Part shown: piece after piece, positions 1 to 7,891 of the stretch
Layout: each line of letters starts with the position of its first letter
Position numbering within the stretch: position 1 is the first letter of the stretch
DNA from: Caedibacter taeniospiralis
Lineage (GTDB): Bacteria; Pseudomonadota; Gammaproteobacteria; Francisellales; Francisellaceae
DNA length: 11,291 bases
Assembly (NCBI RefSeq): GCF_002803295.2
Contig: NZ_PGGB02000018.1
Coordinates: forward strand, 30,361-41,651
Direction: 5' to 3'
Position numbers and translations under genes: made by a program
Notes under the pieces: model-generated
The model's database searches: none
The model's input: only the letters and a program-made list of their open reading frames with translations
Told to the model about the DNA's origin: nothing

Positions 1-141
1 AATTTAAATGTAAATTACGATGTATTACATGAAGCTTTTGCAAGTGAATACGGCAAGGTCGCAGGAGATGTTTTGTATAAACATACTTGCGATTATGTTG
101 ATATTGACGAATTCATTATTCAAAATTACGAGACACATTAA
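1..141 (+). CDS. 3' end of a CDS entering from the left edge (46 aa visible: NLNVNYDVLHEAFASEYGKVAGDVLYKHTCDYVDIDEFIIQNYETH*)
   Basis: Open frame from base 1 to TAA at 139-141; followed 9 nt later by the next ORF, with a plausible RBS (aaggaag) in the gap. Unknown function. Confidence 0.5.
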   Translation, partial: NLNVNYDVLHEAFASEYGKVAGDVLYKHTCDYVDIDEFIIQNYETH

Positions 142-150
142 GGAAGTAAT

Positions 151-447
151 ATGAATATTGCCTCACCTTTAGAGATTTCATTAGGGCATTCTGATGTAGG
201 GTGTGTTGTTTCATCGATTTGTCATAAAATGCTTTCAAACAAAATATACAAGCCAGATAAAATATATTCTTTATCTGAGTTTCAGCTTGAATTAAAAATG
301 ATACTCAAAACATTGCTGGATGAGATAAGATCGGGCAATTGTGAAGAGGAGATTGAAAGTTACTTTTTCCTCAAACAGCTTAAGGACAAAAATCCTGCGC
401 AATACGAAAAAGTACTTAAGTGGAATCATTTAGAAGACGTTGCTTAA
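151..447 (+). CDS. hypothetical protein, 98 aa
   Basis: ORF track; preceded by aaggaag RBS-like sequence; overlaps next gene start by TAATG at 445-449. Confidence 0.6.
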   Translation: MNIASPLEISLGHSDVGCVVSSICHKMLSNKIYKPDKIYSLSEFQLELKMILKTLLDEIRSGNCEEEIESYFFLKQLKDKNPAQYEKVLKWNHLEDVA

Positions 448-788
448 TGATTGTTCGCAGAAAGAAATCTTCACATTGTCGGTATTATATCAAAGCGGAT
501 ACGGCTGTTTTGTTCTTAAATTATGCTGAACGTCAGTTGATTAATCTTCAAGAAGCATTACGAGAAAAGCAGCGGATTACGAAAGATCCTGACATTGATA
601 AAGAAATCATGCGCATTAAGAAAATGATTCAAAAGTTGAAAGTGGTGTATAGCGACAAGATATCTTTAGACACTTGTTGTGATATTTATGAGGAAGCAAG
701 AACCTATTGGAGATCGAAAAATGAAAAATCATCGAGAAATGAAAAATCAAAATATTTATATCGATTGTATTGGAGAGGGTTTAGTTGA
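447..788 (+). CDS. hypothetical small basic, probably helical protein (start MIVRRKK...)
   Basis: The 420-788 ORF has an in-frame ATG at 447 overlapping the stop of the upstream ORF (TAATG), a typical coupled start. Confidence 0.55.
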   Translation: MIVRRKKSSHCRYYIKADTAVLFLNYAERQLINLQEALREKQRITKDPDIDKEIMRIKKMIQKLKVVYSDKISLDTCCDIYEEARTYWRSKNEKSSRNEKSKYLYRLYWRGFS

Positions 789-972
789 GGTTAATCCTTC
801 AGAGATAGTTTATCTTTCTAAGGGAAAAGAAAAGACGCTTAAACTATACTCACTTGCAAAGTCAGTCTTTGGATTACCTTATGATGCAGAGGAAAAAGGA
901 AATTTCATAAGACTTTATTTCAGCACGGAAACTGTCGATTCAATCAAAGCAAAAATAGATGATTTAAACTAG
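739..972 (+). CDS. hypothetical protein (start uncertain: 679, 721 or 739)
   Basis: ORF 679-972; later ATGs give a start with a shorter overlap with the preceding gene. Confidence 0.45.
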   Translation: MKNQNIYIDCIGEGLVEVNPSEIVYLSKGKEKTLKLYSLAKSVFGLPYDAEEKGNFIRLYFSTETVDSIKAKIDDLN

Positions 973-1080
973 AAATATTAATACAAATGAAAAAGAAAAA
1001 ATGAACAGGATGACAAAAAATGGAAATGAAAATAAACAGGGTGCCTCGGGCCTCATGATAGATTTTGTATATCCATACAC

Positions 1081-1380
1081 AAAATCGAATCGGCTATCCT
1101 CGGCGGTATAAATTTTGCCCGGGCCGCCCGCCTCAACGGTGCTTGTCCTCACAAATTCGCTACGCTCATTCCGAACAGACAACACGTTTCCGATTCTACT
1201 CTACGCCTTGGGTAAAAGCTTTTTCACAGACTTCGCTCTGGCGCCTTCGGCACGTCGCTTGCTGATCAACAGCGCAAGGCTACCCGGGTCTACTCGCCCT
1301 CGCGTTCCGCTATCCATGGCTCGCAGCGTATGAAGCTGTAGCAAGGGCGGTCTATCAGCCACAACGCAAGTGAAGGTATT
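1081..1380. other. GC-rich anomalous patch (about 55% G+C by hand count of 1081-1380) in clearly AT-rich DNA
   Basis: Manual count 166/300 G+C; short palindromes such as gcccgggc and gccttcggc; ORFs on both strands look non-coding. Confidence 0.6.
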
Positions 1381-1467
1381 GAGCCCCGTAATAAATCAAC
1401 GTCACACCTGATCAGGGTTTTCATTTGCCTGAAATCAGAACTGCTGTATACGAAACTAGAGCATGTG

Positions 1468-1489
1468 TTTTTTTTTTTTTTTTAAAAAA
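1468..1489 (+). repeat. homopolymer tract T16 followed by A6
   Basis: Direct read: gtg-T16-A6-gtttgg. Confidence 0.85.
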
Positions 1490-1778
1490 GTTTGGCACAA
1501 CCCAAAGTAAACAGGCGAGTATGCGCGGAGGTGTCGGGGTCTGAGTCCGTAGCGGGTAGATGAACTGATTGTTTTGGAACTTGGGAGAACCTTGCTATTT
1601 CTGAATGCTGTCATGCAAGTTGAAGAAACGAGGTGATGGTTTAGCAAGGTAGTCGGACTGGTTCGTAGTAGAGGAGTAGGTAGGGTAATGCCTATCGAGG
1701 ATAGATTGAAGCTCTGAGAAGGGTCAGAGGCTAATCCACTCGAAGGGGCTGGCAATTTAACGCAAGAGGATAGTTTGA

Positions 1779-3116
1779 GTGATGTCAAACGCAGAGTTGA
1801 ATAAAACATTGTTGAAGTTGTCTTCTATAGCAGAGTGCGCGCGAGGGAATCGAAGTTTTGAGTTTACGAGCCTGGCTCATTTACTTGACGCGGAGTTTCT
1901 CAGCTATTGCTACTATGGACTTGATAGAAACAAGGCGGTAGGAATAGACAAAGTAAGTTGGCAAGAATATGGCGTGGACGTAGCGGATAAGATAGAGAAT
2001 CTGGTCATGCGATTAAAGCGCAAGACATTTAAGCCAATGCCAAGTAGAAGGGTATATATCCCTAAAGGAAATGGTGAAAGCCGCCCGTTAGGTATCTCTG
2101 CAATTGAGAACAAGATTGTTGAGAGCGGTATAATGCTGATTCTGCAAAGCATATATGAACAGGACTTTCTGGAATGCTCGTATGGGTTTAGACCAGGAAG
2201 GAATACTCATCAGGCGTTAAATGAAGTCGATAAGGCGATCATGACCCAACCTGTGAACCATTTGGTGGAAGCGGATATAAAGGGGTTCTTCGATAACGTA
2301 TCGCACGAGAAACTGAAGGACTTTGTGAAGATACGGGTGAAGGATACGAGTTTGCTACATCTGATAGACTGCTTTTTAAGGGCGGGGTACATAGATAAAG
2401 GGGTATTGATCGACACGGAGAAAGGTACGCCACAAGGGAGTATATTAAGTCCGATGTTGGCGAATATATTTTTGCATTATGTATTAGATAAATGGTTTGA
2501 AGATACGGTAAAGCAGCACGTTGAAGGATTTTGCAGGCTGGTGAGGTATGCAGATGACTTTGTGTGCTTGATACAGTATCAGGAAGATGCCCGCAAGATT
2601 GAGCGGGCATTGGCGAATAGATTTAACAAGCATGAACTACAGCTTCATCCAGAGAAGAGTCGGAACATAAGCTTTGGACGGTTTGAGAAGCTGAATGCTT
2701 TGAATGCTGGACGCAAGGCGAATACGTTTGATTTTCTAGGATTTACCCATTTTTGTGATAAGACAAGAAAGGGGTATTTCAAACTGGGTCGGAAAACGAG
2801 CGCTAAGAAGTTTCGAGCCAAGTGCAAAGATTTGAACTTGTGGCTGAAATCGATTAGGAATGTACTCCCGACAAAAGAGTGGTGGAAAATACTGAAAGCG
2901 AAGCTAAGAGGGCATTTTGAATATTACGGAGTGAGTGGAAACTACCCCTCGATAGCGAAGTATTATTCGATAGCCATGAGACAGACGCTGAAGTGGTTAA
3001 ATCGAAGAAGCCAGAAGCGGAAAATGAACTGGTGGGACTTTAATAAATATGTAGAGCGCCATCCGTTACCGCGACCACGAATCAATCACATATTTTACAC
3101 GTTGGTAGCGCTGTGA
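1779..3116 (+). CDS. ltrA: group II intron-encoded reverse transcriptase/maturase, no HNH endonuclease domain
   Basis: 445 aa; RT motifs (YIPKGNGESRPLGI, YGFRPGRNTHQAL, EADIKGFFDNVSH, GTPQGSILSPMLANIFL, RYADDFVCL), maturase X-like region LRGHFEYYGVSGN; ends shortly after without Cys/His endonuclease motifs. Confidence 0.93.
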   Translation: MMSNAELNKTLLKLSSIAECARGNRSFEFTSLAHLLDAEFLSYCYYGLDRNKAVGIDKVSWQEYGVDVADKIENLVMRLKRKTFKPMPSRRVYIPKGNGESRPLGISAIENKIVESGIMLILQSIYEQDFLECSYGFRPGRNTHQALNEVDKAIMTQPVNHLVEADIKGFFDNVSHEKLKDFVKIRVKDTSLLHLIDCFLRAGYIDKGVLIDTEKGTPQGSILSPMLANIFLHYVLDKWFEDTVKQHVEGFCRLVRYADDFVCLIQYQEDARKIERALANRFNKHELQLHPEKSRNISFGRFEKLNALNAGRKANTFDFLGFTHFCDKTRKGYFKLGRKTSAKKFRAKCKDLNLWLKSIRNVLPTKEWWKILKAKLRGHFEYYGVSGNYPSIAKYYSIAMRQTLKWLNRRSQKRKMNWWDFNKYVERHPLPRPRINHIFYTLVAL

Positions 3117-3127
3117 GTTAAGTTGAA

Positions 3128-3160
3128 GAGCCGTATGTGGGAAATCTACAAGTACGGTTC
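3128..3160 (+). ncRNA. group II intron domain V catalytic hairpin
   Basis: GAGCCGUA-UGUGG-GAAA-UCUACA-AG-UACGGUUC: 8-bp proximal stem including AGC triad, 2-nt AG bulge, distal stem capped by GAAA. Confidence 0.9.
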
Positions 3161-3187
3161 TGTGAGGGGCATTGTGCGTCTTCACAT
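3161..3187 (+). ncRNA. probable domain VI hairpin (tgtga ... tcaca), 3' end of intron just downstream
   Basis: Inverted repeat TGTGA/TCACA immediately after domain V. Confidence 0.45.
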
Positions 3188-3226
3188 TGTATTGAATATA
3201 AACAAATATAAATAGGAGAAACAGAA

Positions 3227-3259
3227 ATGTCTACTCGACAAAAAGGAGCAATCGCATGA
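3227..3259 (+). CDS. possible 10-codon leader ORF MSTRQKGAIA* overlapping the RecE-like start
   Basis: aggaga RBS-like sequence then ATG at 3227; stop TGA at 3257-3259 overlaps ATG 3256 (ATGA). Confidence 0.3.
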   Translation: MSTRQKGAIA

Positions 3260-4116
3260 AAGCTACAATAGAAAAAACAGGTAAAATAGGAAAAATAAAC
3301 AAAATGACTCATGATGCTTATCTTGCACATGAGGCGTTGTCAGCTTCACAGGTTAAGTTATTGTTAGATAATCCGCATTTGTTCTTGCGTAAGGAACCGA
3401 TGGTACAAACGCCTGATATGTTGTTAGGTTCAGTGATTCATTCGTTGGTACTTGAGCCTGAGAGTTTTGATACTATCTATGCGGTGATGCCGAAGCTTGA
3501 TGCTAGGACGAAAGCGGGTAAAGAAGAAAAGCAGGCATTTGAAGAAGCACATGAAGGTAAGGTGATATTAACGGATGCGCTATTTGATACCGCACAAAGT
3601 TGTGCTGAGGCGATTACTTCAAGCAGTGCGAATGCGTTATTGCAAAATGGCGTTGCTGAGGCGAGCTTTTTTGGTCAACTGGAAGGCTATGATGCTAAAT
3701 GTCGCCCTGACTATTATTGTCGTGAACGTAGTTTGATAATTGACATCAAAAAGACTACTGACGCATCACCTGAAGGGTTTACTCGAGCTGATGCGAACTT
3801 CAAATATTATATTCAGGCGGCATGGTATCTTGATGTGTTAAAAAGCATTGGCGAACCAGTGAAAGATTTTCTTTTCATTGCTGTAGAAGCTACCGCACCG
3901 TTCATGGTTGGTATATATCGACTGGCAGATAGCGCGATTGAATTTGGGAGACTTAAATACAGGGAAGCTCTGAAAACATACAGGAACATTAACGATTTTG
4001 CCAAACCGATATATCGAGATACTGAAACACGCAAATATATTCAAACGATTGATTTACCAGCATATGTCTATGCTCAAAACAAAAACAGTAATTTAATGGA
4101 GGTTTACCATGGCTAA
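3256..4116 (+). CDS. recE: RecE-like exodeoxyribonuclease (DUF3799/PDDEXK-type, phage recombination)
   Basis: 286 aa; features of the family: LSASQVKLLLDNPHLF, LGSVIHSLVLEP, PKLDARTKAGKEEKQAFEE, CRPDY...LIIDIKKTTDASPEGF, YYIQAAWYLD. RBS aaggag upstream. Confidence 0.85.
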   Translation: MKATIEKTGKIGKINKMTHDAYLAHEALSASQVKLLLDNPHLFLRKEPMVQTPDMLLGSVIHSLVLEPESFDTIYAVMPKLDARTKAGKEEKQAFEEAHEGKVILTDALFDTAQSCAEAITSSSANALLQNGVAEASFFGQLEGYDAKCRPDYYCRERSLIIDIKKTTDASPEGFTRADANFKYYIQAAWYLDVLKSIGEPVKDFLFIAVEATAPFMVGIYRLADSAIEFGRLKYREALKTYRNINDFAKPIYRDTETRKYIQTIDLPAYVYAQNKNSNLMEVYHG

Positions 4117-4732
4117 TGAAATCCAAAGATTTGAGATAGCACAACGCAAGGCAAAAGCATACTCTTTGTCAGGTTTTGTGCCTGAACATTTTAGAAACAA
4201 CATACCAAACTGTTTAGTGGCGGTTGAGATGGCAAATCGATTGCAGATGAATCCATTCATGATAATCCAGAACATGTATATTGTTTATGGAAGACCTGCT
4301 TTTTCTTCAACCTTCGTTATTGCCTGTATTAATGCGTGCGGTCGATTTGAGCCGATACAATTTGAATACAGCGGCGAAGGTGATAATAGGCAATGTGTGG
4401 CTTTCGCAAGAGAAAAAACCAGTGGAAACATCTTGCGCTCAACACCTGTCAGTATTGGGATGGCAAAAGCCGAAGGCTGGTATAGCAAAAAAGGCAGCAA
4501 ATGGCTAACGATGCCTGATTTGATGCTTCAATACCGAGCGGCAGCGTTTTTTGGTCGTGCGTATGCGCCTGATTATTTGATGGGTTTGCAGACGCGGGAG
4601 GAAGTTGGTGACATCGGGAGAACATCTGCCTATAGTGCGGTTGCAGTAAATGAGTCTACTAACAGCAATGTAATTGACATGGCTAAAGAACAAACAGACG
4701 ACTTGGAAAGTTTGGTTGAGCAGCAGGCGTAA
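4109..4732 (+). CDS. recT: RecT-family single-strand annealing protein
   Basis: 207 aa; motifs QMNPFMIIQNMYIVYGRPAFSSTFVIACIN, GWYSKKGSKWLTMPDLMLQYRAAAFFGRAYAPDYLMGLQTREE; overlaps RecE-like stop by 8 nt; ggagg RBS. Confidence 0.8.
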   Translation: MANEIQRFEIAQRKAKAYSLSGFVPEHFRNNIPNCLVAVEMANRLQMNPFMIIQNMYIVYGRPAFSSTFVIACINACGRFEPIQFEYSGEGDNRQCVAFAREKTSGNILRSTPVSIGMAKAEGWYSKKGSKWLTMPDLMLQYRAAAFFGRAYAPDYLMGLQTREEVGDIGRTSAYSAVAVNESTNSNVIDMAKEQTDDLESLVEQQA

Positions 4733-4774
4733 TGCTGGTAGGTTAATATTAACAAGCACAAAAAAGGAGTTAAA

Positions 4775-4948
4775 ATGTCATATTTTGACAGATGCTATAA
4801 AGCAACTAATGACAAAGGTGAGTTGATTGAATTTTACGTGAAGGAGCATTATAACTATGAAAGTCTTATGAATGCAAATCCAACTCATGTTGCAAGAATC
4901 TCCATTGACCTTGATTTTTACGAACACCCTATTCAGGACATGTGTTAA
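4775..4948 (+). CDS. hypothetical protein, 57 aa (possibly the 5' part of a disrupted gene)
   Basis: MSYFDRCYKATNDKGELIEFYVKEHYNYESLMNANPTHVARISIDLDFYEHPIQDMC*; RBS aaaggag; frame stays open after the stop up to and into the IS. Confidence 0.5.
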   Translation: MSYFDRCYKATNDKGELIEFYVKEHYNYESLMNANPTHVARISIDLDFYEHPIQDMC

Positions 4949-5062
4949 GGTTCGTGCGCTGAGCCGCCACTTCAGATAGGAAATGATTTTATCTGCTCTT
5001 CGTATTCTCCTCAGGAATTAATTGAAACAACAGGAGATAAAATATTAATCGAGTTATTGTCA

Positions 5063-6460
5063 AATTTAGTGTATGGCTTAAGCGGCATTTTGTTTATCCT
5101 GTTTTATTTTGTCTACTTCATGCTCAGAGATCCCATCAATAAATTTAACCATATTAATCACCTCAGCCAGTCGCTGATGGCCTCTTAATCTCGACCAGGT
5201 TTTCTCAGCCTGTCTAGCAAGTTTAAAGAAAGCGCAAAGTAGCGTTTCTCTTGAGTAGCAACCTCTGGCTTGTCGGGTTCGGTGTCGTATCGTTGCAAAG
5301 CTTGATTCAATTGGATTCGTAGAGCGAATATGACACCAATGTTCGGCAGGGAAGTTGTAAAAAGTAAACATTCTTTCTTTATCTTTCGTCAGACACTCAA
5401 CCGCTTTAGGATACCTGGCCTCATACGTCGCAACAAACTCTTTGTATGCTTCTTCTGCTTGCTCTTTCCCAGGGGCCATGTACATGTTATGCAACTTTGA
5501 CTTTGCTCTGGACTGCATAGCTTTAGGTAGCTTGTTAAGAATGTTCGCTGTTTTATGGACCCAGCAACGTTGACATTGCGTTTTAGGGAATTCTTTCTCA
5601 AGGGCAGACCAAAAGCCCATAGCACCATCACCCGTCGCTAATTCAGGCCCCGCTACCAATCCTCTGCGCTTGATATCACGCAATAACTCTGCCCAACTCT
5701 CCGCGCTTTCTCTAAAACCATCATCAAATGCAACAAGCTCTTTCTTCCCATCTACTGTCGCACCTATAATGACGAGCATACAGGTTTTTTCACTTTCCAT
5801 GCGGGCTGTCAAATAAATCCCATCAACCCACCAGTAAACATAATGCTTATCCGATAAAGAACGACTCCGCCATAACGCAAGCTCAGCATGCCATGTCTCT
5901 TTTAATCGACAAATCACCTGTGCCGATACATTTTTCGCATTTTCACCCAGTATGGGGGCTAAGGCCTGCTGAAAATGATTCGTCGAGATTCCCTGCAAAT
6001 ACAGCAAGGGTAACAACTCATCAATCGTTTTTGCTCGTCTCATATACGGTGGAATCAGCAGTGAGTGAAACTGAATACCTGTGCCTTTGCGATCTCTAAC
6101 CTTAGGCACTGTCACCTTCACGTTCCCAACCCCAGTTGCAACCTCTCGCGTAGGATGATAACCGTTACGAACAACCTGATGTTTCCCGTCATCCAGCTTC
6201 AAATCTGCCAATGAATCCATAAATTCTTTAAGCTCCACAAGGATCGCTTCGTGAATGGCTTTATTAGCTGCTTCTCTAATCAACCCAGTTAAAGCATCTT
6301 TTACTTCAGTATCTACTGTATTTTTAAGATCAAGTACGTTATCTTTACTCATGTGTGTATTCTTCTTTTGAGAGTTTTGTTACGCAAAATAATGCTATCA
6401 TTCTGCAGTGAATACACCACCTAAACAAGGCTGATTACATTCCAGCCCATACACTAAATT
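5063..6460 (-). mobile_element. IS256-family insertion sequence
   Basis: Transposase ORF flanked by perfect 14-bp inverted repeats AATTTAGTGTATGG (5063-5076) and CCATACACTAAATT (6447-6460); true termini may be 5068/6455. No matching 8-9 bp direct repeat seen. Confidence 0.8.
5078..6352 (-). CDS. IS256-family transposase
   Basis: 424 aa; WWVDGIYL, GDGAMGFWSALEKEFPKTQCQRCWVHKTANILNKLP, NPIESSFATIRHRTRQARGC motifs of mutator-type DDE transposases. Confidence 0.95.
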   Translation of the reverse strand: MSKDNVLDLKNTVDTEVKDALTGLIREAANKAIHEAILVELKEFMDSLADLKLDDGKHQVVRNGYHPTREVATGVGNVKVTVPKVRDRKGTGIQFHSLLIPPYMRRAKTIDELLPLLYLQGISTNHFQQALAPILGENAKNVSAQVICRLKETWHAELALWRSRSLSDKHYVYWWVDGIYLTARMESEKTCMLVIIGATVDGKKELVAFDDGFRESAESWAELLRDIKRRGLVAGPELATGDGAMGFWSALEKEFPKTQCQRCWVHKTANILNKLPKAMQSRAKSKLHNMYMAPGKEQAEEAYKEFVATYEARYPKAVECLTKDKERMFTFYNFPAEHWCHIRSTNPIESSFATIRHRTRQARGCYSRETLLCAFFKLARQAEKTWSRLRGHQRLAEVINMVKFIDGISEHEVDKIKQDKQNAA

Positions 6461-6979
6461 CGAGTATATCTCATTATATTAATCAGCAGGACTGAATTTT
6501 TGCAAGCTCAGGAAATGCGTTATAATTTAGTCAAGAATGAATTAGTTAAAACCCTGTTAAGTGATGGTCGTGCTGAACAATCTATTTTTTGGATTGATGA
6601 AGGGACAGATATACTGTGTAAAGCCAGAGCTGATTATATTAATGTTGAGCAAGGATATATTGTTGATATCAAAACCACATCGAACTTAGCTGATGATAGT
6701 AGCTTTGGTTTTACGTTGAAGCAATATCATTATGATTTGTCAGCAGGATTCTATGTTGACGGATTTAAGAAAGCGATAGGTAGAGACGTTGATTTTTATT
6801 TCATCGTCATTGAAAGTAATCCACCTCACAATTACAGTATATTCAAGTCATCTATTGATTTACTTGCTCAAGGCAGAAACAAGTATAAGAAAGCGTTGGA
6901 TACTTTTACCAGAGCCAATCAAAGTGGCAATTTTGCTAAACCTTACAACAATGGTAATTTGATTGAGTTAACCGCTTGA
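6458..6979 (+). pseudogene. 5'-truncated second RecE-like (DUF3799/PDDEXK) exonuclease, C-terminal domain retained
   Basis: The 6500-6979 ORF (TTG start in the track) is open back to the IS edge. Residues AEQSIFWIDEGTDILCKARADYINVEQGYIVDIKTTSNLADDSSFGFTLKQYHYDLSAGFYVDGF...KYKKAL align with the C-terminal half of the 3256-4116 product; the N-terminal ~100 aa are absent. Confidence 0.75.
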
Positions 6980-6992
6980 TAAGAATGCGTGC

Positions 6993-7019
6993 AAAGCCGA
7001 TCTTTTATTTTGGCTTTTT
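6993..7019 (+). terminator. probable Rho-independent terminator
   Basis: aaagccga-tcttttatt-ttggcttt followed by tt; 8-bp stem (one GU) with a terminal T run just after the 6979 stop. Confidence 0.5.
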
Positions 7020-7068
7020 GTGTTAAAAACAGTATTATATTATATATATTTAATAATATTAAAATAAC

Positions 7069-7536
7069 ATGAAGCTTGACTTAATATTTGTCTTTTTATT
7101 TGCTATCCATCTTATGGGTTGTAAGGATCATAATGAGGCAAAGATTATTCAATTTGGCTTACCATCTGAGCAATCAGATAAAGAGAATCAAGATAATAAT
7201 ATCGCTCAACCAAGAGAAGATAATAAAAAAAATCAACAAAATAGTCAGAGTAGTATTTACTGTAGTCTCCTAACCCAAGAAGAATGCAAGCAATGCCTAA
7301 ACGCAATACGTTATTACAACTATTACAATCAAAATTTTAATTTTATGAATTGTCTTTTCCCTAAGATTGAGAATCGTCACAGTGACCTGATTATTAACAT
7401 GGAAGAGGCACGCTTAGGATTAAAATATCAATCAGGTTCATGTGCTGTACCGTTGAATGCTGAGTTTGCTTCATCTGAAGCATTACAGTACATATTGAAA
7501 GATAAAAAATGCCAAACGGTAGACCATAAACCATAG
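7069..7536 (+). CDS. putative lipoprotein, 155 aa
   Basis: N-terminus MKLDLIFVFLFAIHLMGC = signal peptide plus lipobox; multiple additional Cys. Confidence 0.65.
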   Translation: MKLDLIFVFLFAIHLMGCKDHNEAKIIQFGLPSEQSDKENQDNNIAQPREDNKKNQQNSQSSIYCSLLTQEECKQCLNAIRYYNYYNQNFNFMNCLFPKIENRHSDLIINMEEARLGLKYQSGSCAVPLNAEFASSEALQYILKDKKCQTVDHKP

Positions 7537-7547
7537 AACTTTAAGCC

Positions 7548-7883
7548 ATGTTTGACCAATTGAAAAATATAGTACTGATATTCCTGACGCTTATTTTGCT
7601 TATTCTTTTGCCTTTTACTGTTTACTTTGGTAATTCTTATTTTAATTTAAGTGCAAAGATAGATGAAATTCAAAAAAATCAAGGGAAGTTATTACAATCA
7701 GGACTCACGAGTGACCAGCAATTGAATAAGGCGTTAGATAAGCTTTCACAGACTTTTTTAAATAATCGCTACATATTAAACAATCAACCCACGAATGAAA
7801 AATTGAATGTTAAAACACTTTGTCAGCAGTCAAATGGGATTGAATGTGTTTCTGAAACTAAAAATATTAAAAATATGGAGTAG
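7548..7883 (+). CDS. small membrane protein: N-terminal TM segment followed by helical/coiled-coil region
   Basis: 111 aa; IVLIFLTLILLILLPFTVYF hydrophobic segment then polar helix. Confidence 0.6.
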   Translation: MFDQLKNIVLIFLTLILLILLPFTVYFGNSYFNLSAKIDEIQKNQGKLLQSGLTSDQQLNKALDKLSQTFLNNRYILNNQPTNEKLNVKTLCQQSNGIECVSETKNIKNME

Positions 7884-7891
7884 ATTCATTC

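Larger units (their letters stand above)
1490..3195 (+). mobile_element. group II intron (boundaries approximate)
   Basis: Group II RT/maturase ORF (1779-3116) followed by canonical domain V at 3128-3160 and a domain VI-like hairpin; ~300 nt of non-coding, structured-looking RNA 5' of the ORF (domain I-IV region). 5' end could not be assigned exactly. Confidence 0.85.

Noticed and set aside
964-1333. ORFs 964..1185(-), 1065..1265(+), 1115..1333(+) as genes
   Set aside because: Overlapping ORFs on both strands in a GC-rich patch with low-complexity translation and no RBS; most likely open by composition.
1456-1809. Minus-strand 117-aa ORF
   Set aside because: Lies antisense to the intron's 5' RNA region; its C-terminal KKKKKHML portion comes from the T16/A6 tract; non-coding character.
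1913-2827. Minus-strand ORFs 1913..2152, 2210..2416, 2239..2610, 2645..2827
   Set aside because: Antisense to the well-supported RT/maturase CDS.
1779-3116. RT as part of a retron or diversity-generating retroelement
   Set aside because: PQGSILSPMLANIFL, RYADD and LRGHFEYYG maturase features plus an adjacent canonical domain V identify a group II intron; no template/variable repeat pair or msr/msd seen.
3118-3330. Minus-strand 70-aa ORF
   Set aside because: Antisense to intron domains V/VI and the RecE-like start; Cys/Phe-rich translation looks spurious.
3813-4759. ORFs 3813..4034(-), 3838..4044(-), 4093..4275(-), 4281..4508(+), 4285..4500(-), 4505..4759(-)
   Set aside because: Embedded in or antisense to the recE/recT coding regions.
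5389-6099. ORFs 5389..5631(-) and 5893..6099(+)
   Set aside because: Overlap the IS256 transposase, which has unambiguous family motifs.
7088-7273. 61-aa plus-strand ORF
   Set aside because: Contained in the 7069-7536 lipoprotein ORF in another frame.
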